Assembly (NCBI GenBank): GCA_963775425.1
Contig: CAVZJB010000005.1
Location: 32,001 to 96,000, forward strand
DNA from: an uncultured delta proteobacterium
GTDB taxonomy: Bacteria > Myxococcota > UBA727 > VGSZ01
DNA length: 64,000 nt
Reading direction: 5' to 3'
In this document: positions 10,744 through 20,581 of the stretch, one piece after another
Layout of the letters: the number at the start of each line of letters is the position of its first letter
Position numbering within the stretch: the first letter of the stretch is position 1
The notes under the pieces: model-generated
What the model was told of the DNA's origin: nothing
Seen by the model: the letters and a program-made list of their open reading frames with translations, nothing else
Databases searched by the model: none
Program-made: the position numbers and the translations under genes

Positions 10744-13260
10744 TCACCGCGAGATGCGCTCGAGCTCCACGAGGGGCTCGTCGGCGCTCTTGCGCGCGGC
10801 GAGGTCCACGACGCCGAAGATGGCCCAGTCGTTGTCGCCGGGCTCGTCGATCAGCACCTGGCGCACGCGCCAGCGGCGCTCGGCCTCCTTGTCGACGACG
10901 GTGAGCGTCGGCTGCCGCGCGGCCACCGAGAACGTCACCTTGCCGTGCTCCGCGAGGAAGGGCGCGAGCTCGGCGGTGAAGCGCGCCTCGTCCCACGCCG
11001 GGTCGCCCTCGCGCACGAGCGACGCCGCCTCGGCGTAGTCGGCGCGCGCCAAGGCTTGCACGAGGCGGTGCATCTCCGCGCGCACGCGGGCCACGAAGAC
11101 GCGCGGGTTGGCGTCGAGGGCCACGGTGAGGTGACCGTGGGTCTCGACCGCCTCGTCGCCGAGCGGCTTGTCCGGCCGCGCGCCGAGCAACGACTCCCAC
11201 TCCTCGACGAGCGACGAGTCGACCCGGGCGATGAGGGCGCGGCACCAGGCCTCGACGTCGACGACGGCGTCGTCCTTGCGCGCCTCCGGCACCGTCTGCA
11301 CCAGCGTCTTGTAGAAGTCGGAGAGGTAGCGAAGCAGAAGACCCTCGCTGCGCTCGAGCCCGTACTCCTTGATGGTGTCGTTGAAGCTCGCGTAGCGCTC
11401 GAGCATGTCGCGCACCACGCTCTTCGGCCGCACGTTGTCGCCCACCCAGGGGTGGCGCTTGGCGAACTCGTTGAACGTCGTGTAGATGAAGTCCTCGAGC
11501 GGCTTGGGCCAGGTGACCTCGTCGAGCTTCTCCTTCAGCTCCTCGTACTCCGTCCCCTGTGCCTTCAGCTCCAGGTAGAGCGCCTGCCGCGCCTTGTCCT
11601 GCTGCTTGAACAGGATCTGCCGCGGGTTCTCGAGGATGCTCTCCACCACGGTGACGACGTCGAGCGCGTACGTCTCCGACGCCGGCTCCAGCAGGAACAG
11701 CGTCTCCACCAGGAACAGCGAGAGCGCCTGGTTGAGCGAGAAGTCCGTTTGGAGCCCCTCCGCGGCCTGCACCGTGCGCCCCTCGACGAGGATGAGGCCG
11801 GCGCCGCGCAGCGCCTGGAACAGCACGCGCGCCCGCTGCAGGTGCTTCTTGCGGGCGGTGTCGCTCTCGTGCGAGAGCTGCACGAGCTCCACGAGCCTGC
11901 GGTAGCCGCCGGCGCCGCTCGACACGAGCAGCGTCATCATCACGCCGTGCCCGATGGTGAAGCGGGACTGGAGCGCTTCGGGCGGACGCTCGACGAGGCG
12001 ATCGAAGGTGTTCTTGTCCCAGCTCACGAAGCCCGCCTCGGGCGCCTTCTTGGCCGGCTTCTTCTTCTTGGTCTCGCCGGCCTTGAAGCGCATCTCGGCG
12101 CGCTTGTTTTCGATGACGTGCTCGGGCGCCTGCACCACCACCGTGCCGCGGTCGTCGAAGCCCTTTCGTCCGGCGCGGCCCGAGATCTGCTTGAAGTCGC
12201 GGGCGGTGAGGATGCCGGTGTGCTCGCCGTCGAACTTGGACAGCTTGGTGAAGAGCACCGTGCGGATCGGGATGTTGACGCCGACGCCGAGGGTGTCGGT
12301 GCCGCAGATGACCTTCAGGTACCCCTGCTGCGCGAGCTGCTCGACGAGGAGCCGGTAGCGCGGCAGCAGCCCGGCGTGGTGCAGGCCGAGGCCGTGGCGC
12401 AGGTACTTCTGGACGTCCTTGCCGTAGGGCGAGTCGAACCTCACCCCGCGCAGCTCCGCGGCGATCTTCTCCTTCACGTCTTTGGAGGTGAAGTTGGCGC
12501 TCATCAACGCCTGCGCCTGCTCCGCCGCCTCGCGCTGCGTGAAGTGCACGACGTACACCGGCGCGCGGTTGGACGACACGAGCTCCTCGATGGTCTCGTG
12601 GATGGGCGTCTCCCGGTATTCGAAGTCGAGCGGCACCGGGCGCTCGCTCGACGTCACCTCGGCCACCGCGCGCCCGCTGCGCCGCTCGAGCGCGCCGGCG
12701 ATGGTGCTCATGTCGCCGAGCGTGGCGGACATCAGGAGGAACTGCGTGTGCGGCATGGCGAGCAACGGCACCTGCCACGCCATCCCGCGGTCCCTGTCGC
12801 CGTAGTAGTGGAACTCGTCCATCACCACGGCCTTGATGCGCTCGGCTTCGCCCTCGAGCGCGAGCTTGGCGAGGATCTCGGCGGTGCAGCACAGGATGGG
12901 CGCGTCCCGGTTGATGGTGGCGTCGCCCGTCATCATGCCGACGTAGGCGGCGCCGAAGTCCTCGCAGAGCGCGAAGAACTTCTCGGAGACGAGCGCCTTG
13001 ATGGGCGCGGTGTAGACGCTGACCGTGCCCTCGCTCATCGCCTTGAAGTGCAGGCCGAGCGCCACCAACGACTTGCCTGAGCCCGTGGGGGTGGAGAGCA
13101 CCACGTGCTTTCCTCCGAGGAGCTCGAGAAGCGCCTCTTCCTGCGCGGGGTACAGCTCGAGGCCCTTGTCGGCGACGCACTCGAGGAACGCGTTCAGGAT
13201 GACGTCGCTGTCGACGGTGCCGGCGGGAGGGAGCTTGTCGAGGACCTTGGGCGCGTTCAC
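10744..13260 (-). CDS. Ski2-like SF2 DEAD/DEAH helicase (HelY/DUF3516 type)
   Basis: TPTGSGKS, TAPIKAL, MDEFH, MSAT, HHAGLLP, TDTLGVGVN, QISGRAGR. Confidence 0.92.
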   Translation of the reverse strand: MNAPKVLDKLPPAGTVDSDVILNAFLECVADKGLELYPAQEEALLELLGGKHVVLSTPTGSGKSLVALGLHFKAMSEGTVSVYTAPIKALVSEKFFALCEDFGAAYVGMMTGDATINRDAPILCCTAEILAKLALEGEAERIKAVVMDEFHYYGDRDRGMAWQVPLLAMPHTQFLLMSATLGDMSTIAGALERRSGRAVAEVTSSERPVPLDFEYRETPIHETIEELVSSNRAPVYVVHFTQREAAEQAQALMSANFTSKDVKEKIAAELRGVRFDSPYGKDVQKYLRHGLGLHHAGLLPRYRLLVEQLAQQGYLKVICGTDTLGVGVNIPIRTVLFTKLSKFDGEHTGILTARDFKQISGRAGRKGFDDRGTVVVQAPEHVIENKRAEMRFKAGETKKKKPAKKAPEAGFVSWDKNTFDRLVERPPEALQSRFTIGHGVMMTLLVSSGAGGYRRLVELVQLSHESDTARKKHLQRARVLFQALRGAGLILVEGRTVQAAEGLQTDFSLNQALSLFLVETLFLLEPASETYALDVVTVVESILENPRQILFKQQDKARQALYLELKAQGTEYEELKEKLDEVTWPKPLEDFIYTTFNEFAKRHPWVGDNVRPKSVVRDMLERYASFNDTIKEYGLERSEGLLLRYLSDFYKTLVQTVPEARKDDAVVDVEAWCRALIARVDSSLVEEWESLLGARPDKPLGDEAVETHGHLTVALDANPRVFVARVRAEMHRLVQALARADYAEAASLVREGDPAWDEARFTAELAPFLAEHGKVTFSVAARQPTLTVVDKEAERRWRVRQVLIDEPGDNDWAIFGVVDLAARKSADEPLVELERISR

Positions 13261-14378
13261 GGCCCGGTGCCGTACTCTTTGCTCACCTTCTCCGCGAGCG
13301 CGTCGTTGTAGCGGGCGGCGGCTGCGCGCGCGTCCGGCTCCTTCAGCGTGTGGTCGGTGAGCTCGCCGTCGGTGAACTTGAGCGCGTCAACGAGGAGGAT
13401 GCCGCCGTAGATGGCGGCGCCGGCGCCGATGGCGATGGCGGAGATGGAGAGGGTGCCGCCGAGGCTGCCGTTGCCGTTGTCCTTGGACAGGGCGGGCACG
13501 GAGGTGGTGTCGACGTAGGTGTAATAGGCGACCGGCAGGCCGAGCACGACGAGGCCGGCGCCGCCGCCGACGAGAGCGCCGGGGATGAGCAGGCCGCTCG
13601 GGTTGCGGTTGGTCTCGTAGTTGTCGAGGTCGCGGCGGCCCGTGAGCTCGCGGTACTTCCGCACGAAGGCGTTCTCGCTGTAGCGCTCCTTCTTGTCGCA
13701 GAACCACCACTTGAGGCGGTCGCCCTCGTCGACGCAGATGTCCATGACCTGCTGGTCGTAGACCTCCTTGGCGCGCGCGCCGAGCGCGAGGTTGGGCGTG
13801 GCGCGCAAAGCCGGCAGGCCGCCGGAGGGGCCGATGCTTCCCGTGCCGCGCAGCTTCTGGAAGAGCGGCTGCACCATGGCGTCGATGGCGGGGCCGACCA
13901 GCGCCGGGAGCTGGCTGAGGTCCCGGGCCTCGATGGGCTGACGTCCGACGGCCTCGTTCTTCTGGGCGTCGAAGACGTCGAGGGTGAGGACGATGGTGGA
14001 GCCGAGCTTGCCGGCCTGACCGAAGAACACGAGCTGCGCGCCCATGGCGCCGGCGAGCTCGGCCAGGCACGCACCCTGATCGCAGCCGACGGACTGCTTC
14101 TGCGCTTCGAGATCGACGAGGCGCTTGATGTCCACGCTGCTCATGACGTCGAGCTGCGGGTAGCGCGCGAGGTGCGCGGTGACGAGGCTGGTGAGGGTCT
14201 CCACCTCGCTCGCGGTGAGGTCCTTGGACTTCACATCGAGCACCAGCACCTTCACGCGCTCGTCCGCGTGCGCCGCCGGCGCCGCACCCGCGAGGGCCGC
14301 GGCGAGGAAGAGCCCGAGGATGTGGGGCGCCGTCTTTCCCGGCGCGGCGGAGGGAGCCCTCGTGCGACCAACTGCCAT
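13257..14378 (-). CDS. Exported protein with TolB-N/DUF2380-like alpha/beta domain and C-terminal TM hairpin
   Basis: Signal peptide (AHA), VLVLDV...GCDQGACLAELAGAMGA...GQAGKLG; two Gly-rich hydrophobic helices; GTGA overlap with helicase start. Confidence 0.6.
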   Translation of the reverse strand: MAVGRTRAPSAAPGKTAPHILGLFLAAALAGAAPAAHADERVKVLVLDVKSKDLTASEVETLTSLVTAHLARYPQLDVMSSVDIKRLVDLEAQKQSVGCDQGACLAELAGAMGAQLVFFGQAGKLGSTIVLTLDVFDAQKNEAVGRQPIEARDLSQLPALVGPAIDAMVQPLFQKLRGTGSIGPSGGLPALRATPNLALGARAKEVYDQQVMDICVDEGDRLKWWFCDKKERYSENAFVRKYRELTGRRDLDNYETNRNPSGLLIPGALVGGGAGLVVLGLPVAYYTYVDTTSVPALSKDNGNGSLGGTLSISAIAIGAGAAIYGGILLVDALKFTDGELTDHTLKEPDARAAAARYNDALAEKVSKEYGTGP

Positions 14379-14411
14379 GGCGCCGCTTGTAGCCGTCGAG
14401 GGCGGCTCTGG

Positions 14412-15422
14412 CTAGGTGGCGACGACGTAGACGAGCTCGTGGTTGGTGAGGTGCGACACGCTGCCGACCTTCTCGCCGCTCGGGTTGTAGATGCCGATGC
14501 GGGCGCCGACGTAGCGGCGCGACTGCACCTTGATGACGTCGACGCGGCCGCGCTGCTCGAGGAGGCCCTCGAGCGTGCGGCGGTCGATGAAGCCCTCGTC
14601 GTTGAACGACACCACCAGGAGCCGGGCGCGGATGTTGGCGACGACGTCGGCGAGCGCGGCGAGCGCCCGCGGCTTCAGGTTGAAGTCGCTCCGGCGCTCC
14701 TTGCAGTCGACGCGCTTCTGCGCTCGCCCGTAGACCTCGGGCTTGTCCCAGAGAACCAGCGACTCCCAGACGTGGTAGTTGCGCAGGTAGTTGTGCTGGT
14801 TGTACGGCGGGTCGAGGTAGGCGACGTCGGCGTGGAGCTCGCGGGCGGCGTCGGCGGCGTCGAGGCGGTGCGCGGCGCCCGGCCCGTGCGGCGCGCGCGG
14901 CAGCAGCCGCGGCACGCGCAGCGAGAGGTCCTGCAGCGCGCGCGGCGCCCACGCCTTCAGGTAGGCCATCTGCACGCCCACGGTGGAGTCGACGCGGTCG
15001 GCGGCCTCCATCAGGCTCACGAGCACCGCGCTCTCGAGCGCGGGCGGCAGCGCCATCTGCGCGATGCGCTCGCGCATGGCGTCGACGCGCGCGCCGTTTT
15101 TCGGATGAAAGAAACGCGCGTCCTCGCAGAAGGTCTTGGTGAACCACCCGGCGCGGGGCTTCAGCCGCGACAGCTCGTCGAGCACGCGCGTGATGTCGCC
15201 GGCGGCGTCGGCGTCGGCCTCCACGTAGCAGCGCGCGAGGGTGTGGGCGTACGCGTTGTGGTCGTTGGCGTGCACGCGCAGCCCGGCCTCCTTCAGGGCG
15301 AAGGCGACGCGCGCGCTGCCGGAGAACAGGTCGACGGCGGTCTTCGCCCACGGCGCCCGGGTCTTGACGATGTCGAGGAGCAGCGGGACCAGCCGCCGCT
15401 TGCTGCCGATGTACTTGATCAC
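14412..15422 (-). CDS. DNA adenine methyltransferase (D12 class), orphan
   Basis: MIKYIGSKRRL, DLFSGSARV (SAM motif I), YLDPPYN (motif IV), VVSFNDEG. Confidence 0.9.
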   Translation of the reverse strand: MIKYIGSKRRLVPLLLDIVKTRAPWAKTAVDLFSGSARVAFALKEAGLRVHANDHNAYAHTLARCYVEADADAAGDITRVLDELSRLKPRAGWFTKTFCEDARFFHPKNGARVDAMRERIAQMALPPALESAVLVSLMEAADRVDSTVGVQMAYLKAWAPRALQDLSLRVPRLLPRAPHGPGAAHRLDAADAARELHADVAYLDPPYNQHNYLRNYHVWESLVLWDKPEVYGRAQKRVDCKERRSDFNLKPRALAALADVVANIRARLLVVSFNDEGFIDRRTLEGLLEQRGRVDVIKVQSRRYVGARIGIYNPSGEKVGSVSHLTNHELVYVVAT

Positions 15423-15500
15423 GCGCGGCCGCCTCTCCCCCGCGCGGGCGGTGGGGGCGCGGCGAGCAGGGGGGCGAGCGGATCTGATACACGTGGGAGC

Positions 15501-15983
15501 ATGAGCCGCGCGGTCCCGTTCGTCGTCGTCATCGCCGTCTTCACCGTGGCCGGCGGGGGGTGTGAGACGACGCGGTCAACCATCGAGATCCCGGCGTGCG
15601 CCGACCGCGTGGAGGTCGAGGGGCAGGCAACGGAGCTGTCTTCCCATCGCTTCGAGCTGGACCATACCTTCGACCTGCCCTTCTCGAGAACCCGCCTGCA
15701 GTTCACCGACGGCGCGAGCCCCGCGCGCACCTTCGACGTCACCGCCACGCAGCCCGATCCGCTGCGGCTGTTCTTCGGCGCCGCCGTCGGCGTCGTCGGC
15801 GGCCTGCTGGTCGGCAGCGCCGTCTACGACGTCGCCAACGGCCGCGGCATCTTCGAGGAGCGCCCGTTCTACGAGACGCTGTGGGGCTCCGGGCTCGTCG
15901 GCCTCGGCCTCGTCGGCATCTCCACGGGGTGGCACCCGCCCCGGCAGGAATTCTCGTTCCCCGACGACGTCTGCCCGGGTTGA
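15501..15983 (+). CDS. Hypothetical lipoprotein/membrane protein
   Basis: MSRAVPFVVVIAVFTVAGGGC lipobox-like start; two C-terminal Gly-rich hydrophobic segments. Confidence 0.6.
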   Translation: MSRAVPFVVVIAVFTVAGGGCETTRSTIEIPACADRVEVEGQATELSSHRFELDHTFDLPFSRTRLQFTDGASPARTFDVTATQPDPLRLFFGAAVGVVGGLLVGSAVYDVANGRGIFEERPFYETLWGSGLVGLGLVGISTGWHPPRQEFSFPDDVCPG

Positions 15984-16058
15984 TCCCGGCGGCGTGACGA
16001 GCCGGCCCGCCCGGAGCGCTCGGCGCACCGGGCACCAACGTTGCAGTCCACCGCCGCG

Positions 16059-17660
16059 ATGTGGTGGCGGCTGGTCCCGGTGCTCCTCCTGAGTGCGTGC
16101 GTGCACGAGCCTCTGCCGCCGGCTGTGCCAGAACTCCCAATGCCGGCCTCGTTGCGCGAGGCGTTCGAGCAGATCGACGGGGTGGGCGGCCCCTCCGGCG
16201 TGGTCGTGCTCAGCGACAACGCGCAGGCCTGGGCGGCGCGCTGGGAGATGCTCGGTGACGCGCGCCAGCGCATCGACGCCTCCTACTTCATCGTCGCAAA
16301 CGACCTCTTCGGACGCGCCTTCATCGCCCACCTCTACGAGCGCGCGCTCCACGGCGTGAAGGTGCGGCTCCTGGTGGACGGGCGCGGCACGGGACCGCTC
16401 CTGGCGCCGCTGGCCGGCCTCGACGAGATGCAGGAGCTCGTGGCGACGGGCAACGCCACCGTCCGCGTGTACAACCCGCCCCTCACCCGCATCGCCCAGA
16501 CCCTCCTGCAGTTGAGCGCCGTCCCCGTGGCGGCCAGCACGCACGAGAAGATCCTCGTCGTCGACGGCGAGATCGGGCTGTCGGGCGGCCGCAACATCGG
16601 CACGCCGTACTTCACCACGCCCGAGGAGGATCCCAGGGCGTTCATCGACGCCGACGTCCTCGTCAACGGCGAAGACACCGTGCTCGATCTCGAGCGCCAG
16701 GTGAACGACGTCGTCAACGCCGAGCGCCTCCGGCCCGACACCGTCAACGGCATCAGCAGACACGACGAGCTCCTGATGATCTACGGCGCCATGGACGCGT
16801 GGGTGCGGGGCACGGTCCCCGACAAGCCTGCGGCCGATGCCGCGCTTGCCCTCGAGGCCGCGGGGCTGGCACAGCTCCCGCGTTTGCCCGACCAGGCGGT
16901 GCGCGCGAACGTCCGTCCGCTGCTGCGCAAGCTCGCGCAGCTCACCTCCATCTACGGCACCGTGCCCATCGCGGACCTGCACGCCCACGACGCCGACGTC
17001 CGCATCGTGACGTCGCCGGGGCGCGCGGAGGGCAGCATCGAAAACCCCGCCACCGACGCCCTGGTCCGCTGCCTCGACGGCGCGCGCCACCGCGTGCTGT
17101 TCGAGACGCCGTACTTCCTCCTCACGCCGCGGATGCTCTCGGCGATGCGCTTCGCCGCGGACCGCGGCGTCGAGATCGACGTGTTCACCAACAGCCCCAA
17201 CTCGTCCGACAACGATATGTCGCAGGCGCTGTTCATCGACACGTGGCCCAAGCTCGAGGAGCTCGTCCCCACGCTGCGCATCTTCGCCGCCGCCCACAAG
17301 CAGACGCTGCACGGCAAGCGCGCCGCCTTCGACGACGAGCTGTCCACCGTCGGCAGCTACAACCTCGATCCCTTGAGCGCGCACCTCAACAGCGAGCTCA
17401 TCGTGTTTGCCTGGTCGCGCGAGCTGAACGCCGCCACGCGCAAGAGCATCGAGCGGCGAATGACGGACGGTGACGTCGTCGAATACCGCATCCGCAGGGA
17501 CGCCGAGGGACGCGCGGTGCACAACCCGGACGGCAGCGTAGCCGTCGCCTACGGCCCGCGCAGCCACGTCACGCGCAAGCGCATCGAAGACCTCGAGAGC
17601 CTCAAGCACTTCCTTCTCACGCTGCGCGGCATCTGGGACTTCCGGTGGGTGGTCTTTTGA
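16059..17660 (+). CDS. Phospholipase D family lipoprotein (ClsC-like)
   Basis: LLLSAC lipobox; two HxKxxxxD motifs (HEKILVVD, HGKRAAFD), GGRNIG, GSYNLDPLS..LNSE. Confidence 0.88.
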   Translation: MWWRLVPVLLLSACVHEPLPPAVPELPMPASLREAFEQIDGVGGPSGVVVLSDNAQAWAARWEMLGDARQRIDASYFIVANDLFGRAFIAHLYERALHGVKVRLLVDGRGTGPLLAPLAGLDEMQELVATGNATVRVYNPPLTRIAQTLLQLSAVPVAASTHEKILVVDGEIGLSGGRNIGTPYFTTPEEDPRAFIDADVLVNGEDTVLDLERQVNDVVNAERLRPDTVNGISRHDELLMIYGAMDAWVRGTVPDKPAADAALALEAAGLAQLPRLPDQAVRANVRPLLRKLAQLTSIYGTVPIADLHAHDADVRIVTSPGRAEGSIENPATDALVRCLDGARHRVLFETPYFLLTPRMLSAMRFAADRGVEIDVFTNSPNSSDNDMSQALFIDTWPKLEELVPTLRIFAAAHKQTLHGKRAAFDDELSTVGSYNLDPLSAHLNSELIVFAWSRELNAATRKSIERRMTDGDVVEYRIRRDAEGRAVHNPDGSVAVAYGPRSHVTRKRIEDLESLKHFLLTLRGIWDFRWVVF

Positions 17661-18868
17661 CCGCCCTCGTGGTGCCCCTGTTGCTCGCCGCCGCCGTGGT
17701 TCACGACCCGGAGGCGCACGAGTGGGACTTCGTCGTGCTGCCCATCGTGTCGGCCAACGTCGACGAGGGCGTGGGCGGCGGCCTGGTCGCCGGGCTCTAC
17801 CACTACAACGGCGGCGTGGAGCCGTTGCGCGACGACCTCTCCGTTCGCCTGTTCGCCACGAGCAAGCTCGTGCAGCGGCACGAGCTGCGCTGGGACGGCC
17901 GCCAGGTGCTCGGCCTGCCGCTGCGGGTGTGGCTGCGCTTCTCGCTCTTTTCGACGGTGACGCTGCCGTATTGCGGGGTCGGCAACGACGTCACCTGCGA
18001 CCTCGCCGACGCAGGGCGCGCCGCGCCGCCGTCACTTCTGCCGGGGAGCCAGAGCTACGACGACTTCGTGCGCCACTACTACGCCATGCGCTACATCCGT
18101 CCCGGCGGTGACACGCTCCTGCGCTGGCGCCTCCTCGAGCACTTCGAGCTGATGGGGGGCTGGCGGCTCAACTGGTACAAGCCCGGCGACTTCACGCACT
18201 ACGGCCCGTACCCGGGCTCCCTGTACGCGCAGCGTTTCCCCAAGGGCGAGCCCGGGGTCTCGAGCGTGTGGCAGGCCGGCTTCATCGTCGACGAGCGGGA
18301 TATCGAGACGGCGCCGACGCGTGGCTACCTCCTCGAGGGCTCGGTGCGGGCGGCGAGCCCGTGGTGGGGCAGCAAGTGGACCTACGAGGGCATCAACACC
18401 GCGCTGTCGACGTACCTCGCGCTCTCGCACGAGCCCGACGTGGTGTTCGCCAACCGCGCCCTCGTCGACATCCTGGACGGCGACGTGCCGACCGCCGAGA
18501 TCGCCGAGACCGGCGGCACCCGTGATCACGCGGCGTTCGGCGGCCAGTGGATCGGACGCGGCGTGCGTGATCACCGCTTCATCGGCAAGGTGAAGATCGT
18601 CGATCAGGCGGAGCTTCGCCGCGACTTCTTCGAGGTCACCATCGCCAACTTCGTCATCGACGTCGGCGGCAGCGTGTTCGTGGACGCGGGTTGGATTGGC
18701 GAGAGCCTCGAGCAGGTCGGCGGCGACCCCTTCCGCATCCTCTACGGCGGCGGCGCCGGCCTGCGCCTGATGTTCCAAAACGCGATCCTCATGCGCGTCG
18801 ACCTCGCCGCCAGCCCGTTCGAGACGCAACAGCCGAGCTTCTACACCCCGGTGGGGTTTCCGTTTTGA
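17657..18868 (+). CDS. Omp85 (BamA/TamA-like) outer-membrane beta-barrel protein
   Basis: Signal peptide; DERD..TAPTRG, GGQWIGRG (variant of the lid loop), FVDAG, GGGAGLR, C-terminal Phe; TTG start overlaps upstream TGA. Confidence 0.78.
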   Translation: MTALVVPLLLAAAVVHDPEAHEWDFVVLPIVSANVDEGVGGGLVAGLYHYNGGVEPLRDDLSVRLFATSKLVQRHELRWDGRQVLGLPLRVWLRFSLFSTVTLPYCGVGNDVTCDLADAGRAAPPSLLPGSQSYDDFVRHYYAMRYIRPGGDTLLRWRLLEHFELMGGWRLNWYKPGDFTHYGPYPGSLYAQRFPKGEPGVSSVWQAGFIVDERDIETAPTRGYLLEGSVRAASPWWGSKWTYEGINTALSTYLALSHEPDVVFANRALVDILDGDVPTAEIAETGGTRDHAAFGGQWIGRGVRDHRFIGKVKIVDQAELRRDFFEVTIANFVIDVGGSVFVDAGWIGESLEQVGGDPFRILYGGGAGLRLMFQNAILMRVDLAASPFETQQPSFYTPVGFPF

Positions 18869-19848
18869 CCGCCCTCGTCTCCATCCTGGCGCTCGCTGTG
18901 GGGTTGGCGTCGGCGGAGACCGACCCGTACTACGGCTGGATGCACCCGCCGCGAGACGGGAGCGCCGCCATGAACGCCGCCATCAACAAGGCGCTGCAGG
19001 ACGGCCTGCGCGACGTGAACCGCAACCCGCCGAAGACGTGCAGCGAGGCCGCGCTGGCGATGACGGCGCCGCTGTCGGCGACGGCGGCGTGGTTCTGGGC
19101 CGGCAGCGTGCGCTTCTGGCGCGTGGATCGTTCCCCGCGCACGCGTCACGAGTACCAGGACCGCTACTCGGCGGAGAGCGCCTACCGCTACGCCTCGCTG
19201 TTGCCCTTCGGCAGGTTCGTGCCCTTCGACCCGACGGTGCGCGTGGGGCCGGTGCTCTTCGGCACCGACAAGCTCGGACACTTCTTCACCAACGGCGCCC
19301 GCTACTACCAGCGCTTCCTCGCCGCCAAGAAGGCGGGGGCCACCGACGAAGAGGCCGAGCGGCGGGCGATCCTCCTCGGCGTGGACGAGGAGAACGGCAT
19401 GCTGGGCATGGCCGTGAGCGGGATCTTCTCGTACGCGGACCTCGAGACCAACTACCGCGGCCTGGAGTTCTACCGGGGCGCCTGCGACGCCGGCGGGCTG
19501 TCGCGCGGCGCGGACGGCAAGTGGACGCTCGCGGAGCCCTTCGACATCGCGCGCTTCGTGGACCCGTGCTGGGACGAGGGCTTCTACGCGAGCGGCTTTC
19601 GCGCGCCCGCGCCCATCAAGCGCGCGGTGAGCGAGATGTGCTCGGAGCTGCATACGCGCGCCACGGAGCGCCGGCGCGCCCGCTACAGCACCGATCGCTG
19701 CGCGGCGGAGAACCTCGCCTTCCTCGCGGGGCTCGCACGCGAAAAGAGGATCCCGCCGCAGCTCTCGCTCGACGACATGTGCCCGCGCCCCGGTGACGTC
19801 GCTGGCACCTCGGGCTCAGAGGAGCCCGAAGAGCCAGCGGCGCGCTGA
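18865..19848 (+). CDS. Secreted hypothetical protein, possible metal-dependent hydrolase
   Basis: Signal peptide then ETD; conserved-looking GTDKLGHFF and E..G..SYADL.N.G motifs; TTG start overlaps upstream TGA. Confidence 0.6.
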   Translation: MTALVSILALAVGLASAETDPYYGWMHPPRDGSAAMNAAINKALQDGLRDVNRNPPKTCSEAALAMTAPLSATAAWFWAGSVRFWRVDRSPRTRHEYQDRYSAESAYRYASLLPFGRFVPFDPTVRVGPVLFGTDKLGHFFTNGARYYQRFLAAKKAGATDEEAERRAILLGVDEENGMLGMAVSGIFSYADLETNYRGLEFYRGACDAGGLSRGADGKWTLAEPFDIARFVDPCWDEGFYASGFRAPAPIKRAVSEMCSELHTRATERRRARYSTDRCAAENLAFLAGLAREKRIPPQLSLDDMCPRPGDVAGTSGSEEPEEPAAR

Positions 19849-19855
19849 CCCCGCG

Positions 19856-20527
19856 TCAGATGCCGCCGCTGACCGTCAGGTGCCGGTCGCTGACGACGTC
19901 GACGCGCAGCGGTCCCAGGCCGGCGGCGTCGAGCTGCGTACGCACCTCGTCGACGGTGAACGCCGCGTGGAGCGAGGCGCGGAAGTCCGCGCGCAGCACC
20001 TCGGGCTCGCCCTGCGTGTAGGTCTCGACGAGCCGATCGACGTCGTCGGCAGACCCCGGGCGCATCAAATCCATGACGAACACCCGGCAGCCGCCCTGCG
20101 CGGCGGCGCGCGCGGCGCTCTTCACCGCGGCCCAGAGCACGGCGGGATCGTGCAGGTGGTGCAGCAGGCTGTTGGACATCACGACGGCGTACGCGTCGAG
20201 CGGGGGACGGTCGCGCGGCAGGAGCGCCTGCACGAGCGTGACCCGGTCCGTGAGGCCTTCGCGGGCGAGGCGCTCGTGGCCGTAGCGGAGCATGGCGGCG
20301 CTGCCGTCGACGCCGTGGAAGGAGACGCCCGGGAGGCGCTTGGCGACGCGCACCGTGATGTCGGCGGGGCCGCAGCCGAGGTCGAGCACCGGTCCCTCGA
20401 CCGGCGCGGGCACGGCTTTTACGAAGAGCTCCGCGAAGCGCTCGTGCGCGGACGCGAAGTCGGCCTCGGAGTACGCCCGCGCCTGCTCGTCCTCGTCCAT
20501 CAGCTCGGGCTCGACGACACGTTCCAT
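19856..20527 (-). CDS. Class I SAM-dependent methyltransferase
   Basis: MERVVEPELM, VLDLGCGPA, GVDGSAAML, SNSLLHH, DLMRP. Confidence 0.9.
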   Translation of the reverse strand: MERVVEPELMDEDEQARAYSEADFASAHERFAELFVKAVPAPVEGPVLDLGCGPADITVRVAKRLPGVSFHGVDGSAAMLRYGHERLAREGLTDRVTLVQALLPRDRPPLDAYAVVMSNSLLHHLHDPAVLWAAVKSAARAAAQGGCRVFVMDLMRPGSADDVDRLVETYTQGEPEVLRADFRASLHAAFTVDEVRTQLDAAGLGPLRVDVVSDRHLTVSGGI

Positions 20528-20581
20528 GGCTCACGCTCCCGCGGCGCTTCGCGCGCGATGGCGGTATACCACCGTCGACGC

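Noticed and set aside
10744-17660. Helicase + methyltransferase + PLD as a DISARM/BREX-like defence locus
   Set aside because: The PLD has a lipoprotein signal and ClsC-like motifs and is transcribed divergently; the helicase is the widespread DUF3516 type; other defence components are absent
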